Assembly (NCBI GenBank): GCA_964625525.1
Contig: CAZVEE010000001.1
Coordinates: 9,623-73,622 of the forward strand
Source of the DNA: an uncultured Alphaproteobacteria bacterium
GTDB lineage: Bacteria; Pseudomonadota; Alphaproteobacteria; JAJFIK01
DNA: 64,000 nt
Direction of reading: 5' to 3'
The position numbers and the translations under genes are program-made. The notes beneath the pieces were generated by a model. It had not been told where the DNA came from. It searched no databases and worked only from the letters and a program-made list of their open reading frames with translations. Every line of letters begins with the position of its first letter. Position 1 is the stretch's first letter. Positions 53,074 to 61,321 of the stretch are shown here, piece by piece.

Positions 53074-54975
53074 ATGGACGGCAAGGAACAGCTCCGCTTC
53101 CGCTCTTTCACCCGCCGCACTGCGGTCATGGGGGCCGGCGCCCTCGGTGTGTTCGGCTTGCTCTTTGGCCGGCTCTATCAACTGCAAGTGCGTGATGCGG
53201 ACCAGTATCGGGTGAAGGCAGAGGAGAACCGGGTCAAGGTACGCCTCCTGGCGCCCTTGCGGGGGCGCATCGTCGATCGCTTTGGCGTCGAGGTCGCCGG
53301 TAATCGGACGAATCTGCGCGTGCTGCTCGTGCCGGAAGATACCGGCGATATCCCGGTGGAGCATGTGCTCGACAAACTCGCCCAGGTGATCGAGCTGGAC
53401 GACAGCCGCCGCGCCCGAGTGCTGCGCGCGGTGCGCCGCCAGGCGCCCTTCGTGCCGGTGACCGTGACGGATAATCTGAACTGGCGGGACTTTGCCCAGG
53501 TCAACATGTTCAGCCCCGACCTGCCAGGCACCCAGGCAGAAGTGGGCGACACGCGCTTTTATCCGTTCGGCACGGATCTCGCCCATGTGCTGGGCTATGT
53601 GGCCGCCGTCTCCGAGGACGATCTGGACGATGATCCGCTCTTGCGCCTGCCGGGCTTTCGCATCGGGAAAAATGGCATCGAGCGCCAGCTGGATCGGCGC
53701 CTGCGCGGCACGCGCGGCACACGCCAGGTGGAAGTGAATGCGGGCGGACGGATCATCCGCGACCTGGATCGGGTGGAAGGCACGCCCGGTGAAGAAGCGG
53801 TGCTGACCCTTGATATGGATGTGCAGCGCGTGGCCGCGGCGGCGCTTGAAGGCGAAAGCGGCGCCGCGGTGGTGCTCGATATACACACCGGCGAGGTGAT
53901 CGCCTGCGCCTCGGTGCCGGGATTTGATCCCAATGCCTTCAATCGCGGCCTGCGCCAATCCGAATGGAATGCCCTGATCAACAATCCTTACAAGCCGTTG
54001 ATCAATAAGGCCGTGGCCGGACAGTATCCGCCGGGCTCCACCATCAAGCCGGTGGTGGCGCTGGCGGCGCTGCATCACGGCACCATGGATCCGGATGAGC
54101 GCATCAACTGCACCGGCAAGACCACGCTCGGCAACCATATCTTCCACTGCTGGAAGCGCGGCGGCCATGGGCCCATGAACATGCACGAGGGCATCAAGCA
54201 CTCCTGCGACATCTATTTCTATGAGCTCGCGCGCCGCCTGGGCATTGACCGGTTGGCCGAAGTGCTGCGCGAATTCGGTCTGGGCACCACTTATGATTTT
54301 GAGCTGCCGGGCGAGAAAGAGGGCCTTGTGCCCACGCGGGGCTGGAAGCTGGCGGTGACGGGCCAGCCTTGGGTCATGGGGGAAACCTACAATGTGGGCA
54401 TTGGTCAGGGCTCCATGCTGGCCACGCCGCTGCAACTCGCCGTCATGACCGCGCGGCTTGCGAATGGTGGTAAGGCGGTGGTGCCCCGGGTGGTCCGCTC
54501 CGTGGGCGAAGACCTTTTAGTGGCGACGAATGACGTGCCCCGCATCGCCATTGATCCGGCCCACATACAGCGGGTGCTGAGGGCCATGAACGCGGTGACG
54601 AATGATCTCCGCGGGACCGCGTTCCGCTCGCGCCTGACCGGCGAGGGCATGTCGATGGCCGGTAAGACCGGGACTGCGCAGGTGCGCCGCATCACAATGG
54701 CTGAACGCGAATCGGGTCTGCGCACCCATGAGGAAACCCCCTGGCACCTGCGTGACCATGCGCTCTTTGTCGGCTATGGCCCGGTGGAGGCGCCGCGGTA
54801 TGCGGTGTCAGTCATCGTGGAGCATGGCGGCGGCGGCTCTAAGGCCGCAGCACCCCGCGCGCGCGACATTATGCGCGCGGCCCTGTTGCGCGATCCGGCG
54901 CGGCGTGAGCCCGTCGGCCCCACCAGGCCAGGCCTGCGCGCCGCCGGCCGCGACACCGATGAAACGCCCGGATGA
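53074..54975 (+). CDS. mrdA: penicillin-binding protein 2 (elongasome transpeptidase)
   Basis: SxxK (STIK), SxD/N (SCD), KTG (KTGTA) transpeptidase motifs, plus the PBP dimerisation domain. Confidence 0.93.
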   Translation: MDGKEQLRFRSFTRRTAVMGAGALGVFGLLFGRLYQLQVRDADQYRVKAEENRVKVRLLAPLRGRIVDRFGVEVAGNRTNLRVLLVPEDTGDIPVEHVLDKLAQVIELDDSRRARVLRAVRRQAPFVPVTVTDNLNWRDFAQVNMFSPDLPGTQAEVGDTRFYPFGTDLAHVLGYVAAVSEDDLDDDPLLRLPGFRIGKNGIERQLDRRLRGTRGTRQVEVNAGGRIIRDLDRVEGTPGEEAVLTLDMDVQRVAAAALEGESGAAVVLDIHTGEVIACASVPGFDPNAFNRGLRQSEWNALINNPYKPLINKAVAGQYPPGSTIKPVVALAALHHGTMDPDERINCTGKTTLGNHIFHCWKRGGHGPMNMHEGIKHSCDIYFYELARRLGIDRLAEVLREFGLGTTYDFELPGEKEGLVPTRGWKLAVTGQPWVMGETYNVGIGQGSMLATPLQLAVMTARLANGGKAVVPRVVRSVGEDLLVATNDVPRIAIDPAHIQRVLRAMNAVTNDLRGTAFRSRLTGEGMSMAGKTGTAQVRRITMAERESGLRTHEETPWHLRDHALFVGYGPVEAPRYAVSVIVEHGGGGSKAAAPRARDIMRAALLRDPARREPVGPTRPGLRAAGRDTDETPG

Positions 54976-55012
54976 GAAACGCTGAAAGCGCACGACAGAA
55001 GGCAAAACACGG

Positions 55013-56170
55013 ATGATGTATGAGGGTACCAGCCGCGGCGGCTATGGCCGGCGGTCCACGGAACTGCGCCAGAAGCTCCTGGAGTTCAACTGGGCGTTTT
55101 TGTTCTTGCTGTGCGTGGTCGCGTCCTTCGGCTTCCTGATGCTCTATTCCGTGGCGCAGGGCTTTGAGCCCTGGGCCAAGGATCAGATGATCCGCTTTGG
55201 CGTCAGTGTGGTCTTGCTCATCGCTGTGGCGCTTGTGGATGTGCGGATCTGGATGGCACTGGCCTATCCGGCCTATCTTGGCGCCTTGGCTTTGCTGGTG
55301 GGCGTGGAGTTTTTCGGCGTGCTGGGCATGGGCGCGCAACGCTGGATCGAGATTGGTCCGGTGCGTATTCAGCCCTCGGAATTCATGAAAATCGCCCTCG
55401 TCCTGGCGCTGGCCCGTTACTATAACGGCTTGAGCATTGATGAGGTATCCCATCCGCTCGCGCTGTTGTTGCCTCTGGCGATGATCGCGGCACCGGTGGG
55501 TCTGGTGTTGTTACAGCCGGACCTGGGCACGGCGCTGCTGCTGCTAGCGGGCGGGGCGGCGATCATTTTCCTGGCGGGCGTGCATTGGGCCTATATCGTC
55601 AGCGCCGTGGTCGCGGTCGTGGTGGCGATCCCAGTGGCATGGCAGTTCTTGCATGACTATCAACGCGAGCGGGTGTTCACCTTCCTGGATCCCGAGCGCG
55701 ATCCCCTAGGGGCGGGCTACCATATTCTCCAGGCCAAGATTGCATTGGGGTCGGGTGGGCTGTTCGGCAAAGGGTTCCTGCAAGGCACCCAGGCCCATCT
55801 GAACTTCCTGCCGGAAAAACAGACCGACTTTATCTTTACGGTGCTGGCGGAGGAACTGGGCCTTGTCGGCGCGGGCAGCCTGCTGCTGCTCTATATCCTG
55901 GTGGCGGCCTATGCCATCAGCGTGGCGTTACGGGCGCGCAACCATTTCGGCCGACTGGTGGCCATGGGCGTGACCGTGACGTTCCTGCTCTACATCTTCA
56001 TCAATGTGGCGATGGTGATGGGCCTGCTGCCCGTGGTGGGCGTCCCACTGCCGCTCGTGTCCTATGGCGGCACCTCCATGCTGACCCTCATGTTTGGCTT
56101 TGGCCTCGTGATGAGCGTCTACATTCATCGCCATGAGGAGACCATGCGCGCGCCCGTATCCATGTGGTGA
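55013..56170 (+). CDS. rodA: SEDS-family peptidoglycan polymerase RodA
   Basis: QPSEFMKIAL, LQPDLGTA, TDFIFTVLAEELG, PLPLVSYGGTSML. Confidence 0.93.
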   Translation: MMYEGTSRGGYGRRSTELRQKLLEFNWAFLFLLCVVASFGFLMLYSVAQGFEPWAKDQMIRFGVSVVLLIAVALVDVRIWMALAYPAYLGALALLVGVEFFGVLGMGAQRWIEIGPVRIQPSEFMKIALVLALARYYNGLSIDEVSHPLALLLPLAMIAAPVGLVLLQPDLGTALLLLAGGAAIIFLAGVHWAYIVSAVVAVVVAIPVAWQFLHDYQRERVFTFLDPERDPLGAGYHILQAKIALGSGGLFGKGFLQGTQAHLNFLPEKQTDFIFTVLAEELGLVGAGSLLLLYILVAAYAISVALRARNHFGRLVAMGVTVTFLLYIFINVAMVMGLLPVVGVPLPLVSYGGTSMLTLMFGFGLVMSVYIHRHEETMRAPVSMW

Positions 56171-56175
56171 GCGTC

Positions 56176-57630
56176 ATGCCCCAGTTCTCCATTGCGCGCT
56201 TGCTGGCCGATCATGCGGCGCGCGCGCCTGAGCGCCCGGCGCTGACCCATGAGGGCCGTACACTCAGCCGGGCGGCCCTGGAGGCGCGGACCAATCGCCT
56301 CGCCAGGGCTTTTGCCGCGCGCGGGGTGCGAGAGGGGCGCATGGTCACCATTGCGCTTGCCAATGGCATTGCGTTTTACGAGGCCGCCATCGCCGCCTGG
56401 AAGCTGGGTGCGATCCCCCAGCCCGTCTCGGCGCGCCTTCCGCAAGTGGAGTTGCTGGAGATCGTCGCACTGGCCGAGCCAGCCCTCGTCGTTGGCGGCC
56501 CGGATCTGGGCGGCGCCTTTCCCCAATGGTTTGCCGATACACCGGACCCGGACCATGAGAGCGACGCGCCCTTGCCAGAGCGCGTGAGCCCCGCCTGGAA
56601 GGCGCCGACCTCTGGCGGCAGCACCGGGCGGCCCAAGCTCATCGTCTCCGGTGAGGCGGGGCGGTTCGATCCGGACCAGGCCTATCTGGGCATGGAGCCG
56701 GACATGGTGCATCTGGTACCCGGGCCGCTTTATCACAATGCCCCCTTTGCATTCTCCGCGCGGGGCCTGTTCATGGGCCATCACGTGGTGATCATGAGTC
56801 GTTTCGACGCGCTGGAGACATTGCATCAGATCGAGGTCCATGGGGTGAACTGGCTGATGCTGGTGCCGACCATGATGCTGCGCATCTGGCGGCTGGCCCC
56901 GGCCGTTCGCGAGAGTTTTGATCTGTCCTCCATCCGCCTGCTGTGGCATCTGGCGGCGCCATGCCCGCCATGGCTGAAAGACGCCTGGATCGACTGGCTG
57001 GGGCCGGAGCGCATCTGGGAGCTTTATGCCGGTACCGAAGCGCAGGGCACCACCCGCATCTCTGGAGCCGAATGGCTCGCCCATCGCGGTTCGGTGGGCA
57101 AGGCGAGCCCGGGATTTTCCATCCGTATTCTGGATGGCCAAGGCCGGGACCTGCCGCCCGGGGAGATCGGTGAGATCTTTATGCGACCCGATGCGGGGCC
57201 GGGGACGACCTATCGCTATATCGGTGCCGAGCCGCGCCAGCAGGCGGAGGGCTATGAGTCGCTGGGCGACATGGGGTATCTGGACGAAGACGGCTATCTC
57301 TATCTCGCTGATCGGCGCACGGATATGATCCTGAGCGGCGGTGCCAATGTCTATCCGGCAGAAGTGGAAGCGGCCATCGACGCGCATCCGGCCGTGCGCT
57401 CCAGCGCCGTGATTGGCCTGCCGGATGAGGATCTGGGCCAGCGGGTGCACGCGATTGTCGATGCGACCGAGCCTGTGGACGAGGCGGCGCTGCTTGCGTT
57501 CCTTGCCGAGCGGCTGGTTCGCTACAAAATCCCGCGGACGGTGGAATTCGTGGATGCTCCGGTGCGCGATGACGCGGGCAAAGTGCGGCGCAGCGCTCTG
57601 CGACAGGAACGCTTGCCCGAGCGCGAGTGA
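56176..57630 (+). CDS. AMP-dependent synthetase/ligase (acyl-CoA synthetase family)
   Basis: PTSGGSTGRPK AMP-binding motif, YAGTE, GDMGYLDEDGYLYLADR, C-terminal GKVRR. ATG lies 5 nt after the rodA stop. Confidence 0.85.
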   Translation: MPQFSIARLLADHAARAPERPALTHEGRTLSRAALEARTNRLARAFAARGVREGRMVTIALANGIAFYEAAIAAWKLGAIPQPVSARLPQVELLEIVALAEPALVVGGPDLGGAFPQWFADTPDPDHESDAPLPERVSPAWKAPTSGGSTGRPKLIVSGEAGRFDPDQAYLGMEPDMVHLVPGPLYHNAPFAFSARGLFMGHHVVIMSRFDALETLHQIEVHGVNWLMLVPTMMLRIWRLAPAVRESFDLSSIRLLWHLAAPCPPWLKDAWIDWLGPERIWELYAGTEAQGTTRISGAEWLAHRGSVGKASPGFSIRILDGQGRDLPPGEIGEIFMRPDAGPGTTYRYIGAEPRQQAEGYESLGDMGYLDEDGYLYLADRRTDMILSGGANVYPAEVEAAIDAHPAVRSSAVIGLPDEDLGQRVHAIVDATEPVDEAALLAFLAERLVRYKIPRTVEFVDAPVRDDAGKVRRSALRQERLPERE

Positions 57631-57684
57631 TCCAGCCATCCGCGCGAGCCGTAGAGCCTACACCAGACATTTGGGAGAGGGCAT

Positions 57685-58233
57685 ATGCGGGTCTTTCTGG
57701 CACTGATCTTAATGGTGGTGGCGATGGCGCCGACAGCTCGGGCGTCTGACACCGCCCACGCGTTCACATTCCAATCCATTGACGGCGGGCCTTTACCGCT
57801 CAGCGACTATGCGGGTCAGGCGGTGTTGGTGGTCAACACGGCCTCGCGCTGCGGCTTTACTCGGCAATATGACGGGCTGCAAGCTCTGTGGACGGCGTAT
57901 CGGGCACGCGGGCTCGTGGTGTTGGGCGTGCCATCCAATGATTTTGGCGGCCAGGAACCGGGCAGCGAAGCGGAGATCAAGCGCTTTTGCGAAGTGAATT
58001 TCGGCATTGATTTTCCGATGACGGAGAAAGTCAGTGTGCGCGGTCGGAATGCCCACCCGTTTTACCAATGGGCTGCGTCCGAGTTGGGTGCACAGGCGAC
58101 ACCGCAATGGAACTTCCACAAATATCTCGTGGCGCCGGACGGGCGTCTGGTGGCGGCCTTCCCCTCCAGCGTCGAGCCCATGTCCGACACGATGCGCGAC
58201 GCGGTTGACGCCGTTTTGCCCGCTACGCCATGA
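57685..58233 (+). CDS. glutathione peroxidase with signal peptide
   Basis: NTASRCGFT catalytic Cys motif, FPSNDFGGQEP-like region (VPSNDFGGQEP), WNFHKYLV. N-terminal LALILMVVAMAPTARA signal. Confidence 0.9.
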   Translation: MRVFLALILMVVAMAPTARASDTAHAFTFQSIDGGPLPLSDYAGQAVLVVNTASRCGFTRQYDGLQALWTAYRARGLVVLGVPSNDFGGQEPGSEAEIKRFCEVNFGIDFPMTEKVSVRGRNAHPFYQWAASELGAQATPQWNFHKYLVAPDGRLVAAFPSSVEPMSDTMRDAVDAVLPATP

Positions 58234-59444
58234 GTGTGCAGACAGTCTCGCCCGCGACCCGGGCCGAAGGGCTCCGGCGGGTGGACGCCTTCACGCCCTC
58301 CATGGGCCGGGTCTATGCGGCAAAGCGCAATTACGATCTGGGGCCGGACGACCGGCATAATGTGTCACTGCTGTCGCCTTATATTCGGCACCGGCTGGTG
58401 CTGGAGGAGGAGGCTGTGCGGGCCGCGCTGAGCCAGCACAGCGAAAGTGCGGCCGAGAAATTCGTGCAGGAAGTGTTCTGGCGTACCTATTGGAAGGGCT
58501 GGCTCGAGACGCGGCCCTCGGTTTGGGCAGAGTATGAAGCGGATCTGGCGCGTGCCCTCAACGCCTTGGAACGGGACGGCGCCCTACACGGAGCCTACCA
58601 TGACGCGGTGGAGGGGCGCACCGGCATCGACTGTTTCGATGACTGGACGCGGGAGTTGACAAGGACGGGCTATCTGCACAATCACGCCCGGATGTGGTTT
58701 GCCAGTATCTGGATTTTCACCCTGCGCCTGCCTTGGGTTTTGGGGGCCGATTACTTTTATCGCCATTTGCTTGATGGGGATCCGGCGTCGAATACGCTTG
58801 GCTGGCGCTGGGTGGCCGGTCTGCACACGAACGGGAAGACCTATGCGGCGCGCGAGGCCAACATCGCCAAATTCACAGGTGAGCGGTATCGTCCGCGCTT
58901 CCAGCTCAGCTACGACACCATGCCGCTTGATGACGTGCAGCATCCCCCTGCCGGGGCCGTTCCGCCGGCACGCCTGACCCCGCCGGATGGGCCTTATGGC
59001 CTGCTCCTGACAGAAGAGGATCTGTGTCCTGAAACGTTGGGTCTTGCAGCGGGGCAGTGCCAAGGTATTGCCGGTCTCGTGTGCACCGCGGAGCGCTCAA
59101 GGCTGCCCATCGGCGCACCGGTGCAGGCTTTTGCCCGCGATGCCATGGACGATGCGCTCACCCGCGCCCAAGATCATTTCGGGCAGCGGGGCACGGCGCA
59201 CACGGACAGTGAAGCCATTGTGGATTGGGCTCACTCATTGGATGGGGCGCCGGTCGTGACGGCGTATGCACCCGTGGGCCCGGTGGGTGCCGCGTTGATC
59301 CGGTTGGAGCGTGCAGGCGTTCCCATTGTCAGGTTACGCCGCTTGTGGGATGAGCGCGCCTGGCCGCACGCGACCAAAGGCTTCTTTGGGCTGAAGAAAC
59401 ACATCCCGAAGCTGATCAAGGCCATGGACGGATTGCCTCTTTAA
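58230..59444 (+). CDS. photolyase/cryptochrome-family FAD-binding-domain protein lacking the N-terminal alpha/beta domain, with a ~185-aa C-terminal extension
   Basis: SLLSPYIRHRLV, EVFWRTYWKGW, TGYLHNHARMWFASIW and DGDPASNTLGWRWVAG correspond to the conserved FAD-domain motifs of photolyases, but occur in the first ~200 aa. ATGA overlap with the peroxidase gene. Confidence 0.75.
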   Translation: MSVQTVSPATRAEGLRRVDAFTPSMGRVYAAKRNYDLGPDDRHNVSLLSPYIRHRLVLEEEAVRAALSQHSESAAEKFVQEVFWRTYWKGWLETRPSVWAEYEADLARALNALERDGALHGAYHDAVEGRTGIDCFDDWTRELTRTGYLHNHARMWFASIWIFTLRLPWVLGADYFYRHLLDGDPASNTLGWRWVAGLHTNGKTYAAREANIAKFTGERYRPRFQLSYDTMPLDDVQHPPAGAVPPARLTPPDGPYGLLLTEEDLCPETLGLAAGQCQGIAGLVCTAERSRLPIGAPVQAFARDAMDDALTRAQDHFGQRGTAHTDSEAIVDWAHSLDGAPVVTAYAPVGPVGAALIRLERAGVPIVRLRRLWDERAWPHATKGFFGLKKHIPKLIKAMDGLPL

Positions 59445-59456
59445 AGGCATCGCCGG

Positions 59457-61268
59457 TCAGCCGCCTTCAAGCTCCTCACGACGCATTTCGAGGGTCAGCC
59501 AGTCTTCCTCCGCACTGGCCAGTTCTGCTTCGGCGGCTTCCAAACGTGCGGCGGTTTTGTTGAACTTGTCCGCATTCTTCGCAAACAAGTGAGGGTCGGC
59601 GAGCGTAGCCTTGAGTGTGGCGATTTCCTGCTCCAGCTCTGCCATGCGGCCGGGCAGCGTTTCAAGCGCGTATTTTTCCTTATACGACAGTTTGGCGCTG
59701 GCCTTGCGGGGTTCTGGCGAGGCTGTGGCTTTCGGCTTCGCGGCGGTTTTGGGTTTGGTGGGCTCGGCCTCATTGGGGGTGGCGGCGCGCTGGCTCATCA
59801 TGTCCGTATAGCCGCCGGCATATTCGATCCACTGGCCCGGGCCGTCCGTGGTGATGGTCGAGGTGACGATGCGATCTAGGAAGTCCCGGTCATGACTGAC
59901 AAGAAGCACCGTGCCCGGATAATCCGCCAATAGCTCTTCCAGAAGGTCGAGCGTTTCCAGGTCCAAATCATTGGTGGGCTCATCCAGCACCAACAGATTT
60001 GATGGCTTGGCAAGCGCGATAGCGAGCGCCAGGCGCCCGCGCTCGCCGCCTGATAGCGCTGAGACAGGAGAGCGCGCTTGTTCCCCGGTGAAGAGGAAGT
60101 CCTTCATATAGGTCATCACATGGCGCTGCGATCCACCCACGGAGACCATATCGCCGCGTCCTTCGGTCAGCGCCTCGGTCAGGGTCATGTCCGGCTTGAG
60201 GCTGGCGCGGCGCTGATCAAGCGAGATCATCTCCAGATTCGTCCCTAGGCGGATGGTCCCCGAATCCGGCTCCAGCGCGCCCGTCAGCATGGACAGCAGC
60301 GTTGTCTTGCCCGCGCCATTGGGGCCGGCGATCCCGATCCGGTCGCCCCGTTGGATCTGGATGGAAAAGTCCCGCACAATGGCACGCCCGTCATAGCTTT
60401 TGGCAATGCCATCCGCCTCGATCACGAGCTTCCCCGAGAGCTGGCCCTCTGATGCGGCCATTTTGGCGGTGCCGACCGCGCGGCGGGCGTCCCGGCGCTG
60501 AGTGCGCAGGGCGTCGAGTTCGCGCATGCGCCGCACATTGCGTTTGCGCCGGGCGGTGACGCCATAGCGCACCCAGTCTTCCTCCGCCGCGATTTTACGA
60601 TCGAGTTTGTGGCGGTCCAGTTCCTCCTGTTCAAACACCGTGTCGCGCCAGGCCTCGAACTGGCCGAAGCCTTGCTCCATGGCCCGCGTCTGACCCCGGT
60701 CGAGCCAGACCGTCCGCCGGGTGAGCGTTTCCAAAAACCGCCGGTCGTGGCTGATGAGCACCAGCGCGGCCTTGCTGCGCGCCAGTTCCTCCTCCAGCCA
60801 GCCGATCACCGGCAGGTCCAGATGGTTGGTGGGCTCGTCGAGCAGCAGAATGTCAGGATCGGGCGCGAGCACCCGCGCCAGCGCCGCGCGCCGGGCCTCG
60901 CCCCCAGATAGAGTGCGCGGATCTTCCGTGCCCGCCAGGCCAAGCTGTTCCAGCAGATAGGCGGCGCGGTAGGGGGCATCGCCCGGCGCCAGCCCCGCTT
61001 GGGCATAATCGAGAGTGGTGGCGAAAGCGGAGAAGTCCGGCTCCTGCTCCAGATAGCGCCAGGTGCAGCCCGGTTTGACAAAGCGCTCGCCCGTGTCCGC
61101 CTCAACGAGGCCCGCGGCGACTTTCAGCAGTGTGGACTTGCCCGAGCCATTGCGCCCGACAAGGCACACCCGGTCACGCTCGAACACATAGAGGTCAGCG
61201 GCTTCGAGCACGGGGGTGCCGCCGAAGGTCAGACCGATGGTTTGCAGGGAGAGGAGAGGTGGCGCCAT
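59457..61268 (-). CDS. ABC-F family ATPase (Uup-like)
   Basis: Two ABC cassettes: Walker A GRNGSGKST and GPNGAGKTT, signatures LSGGEARR and LSGGERGR. No TM segments. C-terminal coiled coil. Confidence 0.9.
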   Translation of the reverse strand: MAPPLLSLQTIGLTFGGTPVLEAADLYVFERDRVCLVGRNGSGKSTLLKVAAGLVEADTGERFVKPGCTWRYLEQEPDFSAFATTLDYAQAGLAPGDAPYRAAYLLEQLGLAGTEDPRTLSGGEARRAALARVLAPDPDILLLDEPTNHLDLPVIGWLEEELARSKAALVLISHDRRFLETLTRRTVWLDRGQTRAMEQGFGQFEAWRDTVFEQEELDRHKLDRKIAAEEDWVRYGVTARRKRNVRRMRELDALRTQRRDARRAVGTAKMAASEGQLSGKLVIEADGIAKSYDGRAIVRDFSIQIQRGDRIGIAGPNGAGKTTLLSMLTGALEPDSGTIRLGTNLEMISLDQRRASLKPDMTLTEALTEGRGDMVSVGGSQRHVMTYMKDFLFTGEQARSPVSALSGGERGRLALAIALAKPSNLLVLDEPTNDLDLETLDLLEELLADYPGTVLLVSHDRDFLDRIVTSTITTDGPGQWIEYAGGYTDMMSQRAATPNEAEPTKPKTAAKPKATASPEPRKASAKLSYKEKYALETLPGRMAELEQEIATLKATLADPHLFAKNADKFNKTAARLEAAEAELASAEEDWLTLEMRREELEGG

Positions 61269-61270
61269 AA

Positions 61271-61315
61271 CCCGTCATGTAACGGGCGCGGGCGCGGTGT
61301 GCAACCGCGCCCGCG
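61271..61315 (-). other. two adjacent GC-rich hairpins in the 53-nt spacer between the M16 peptidase gene and the ABC-F gene
   Basis: CGCGGGCGCGG-N7-CCGCGCCCGCG (11-bp stem) and CCCGT-N6-ACGGG, read on the sequence. No U-tract, so the role (attenuator, processing site or mRNA stabiliser) is unknown. Confidence 0.5.
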
Positions 61316-61321
61316 TTCCGA

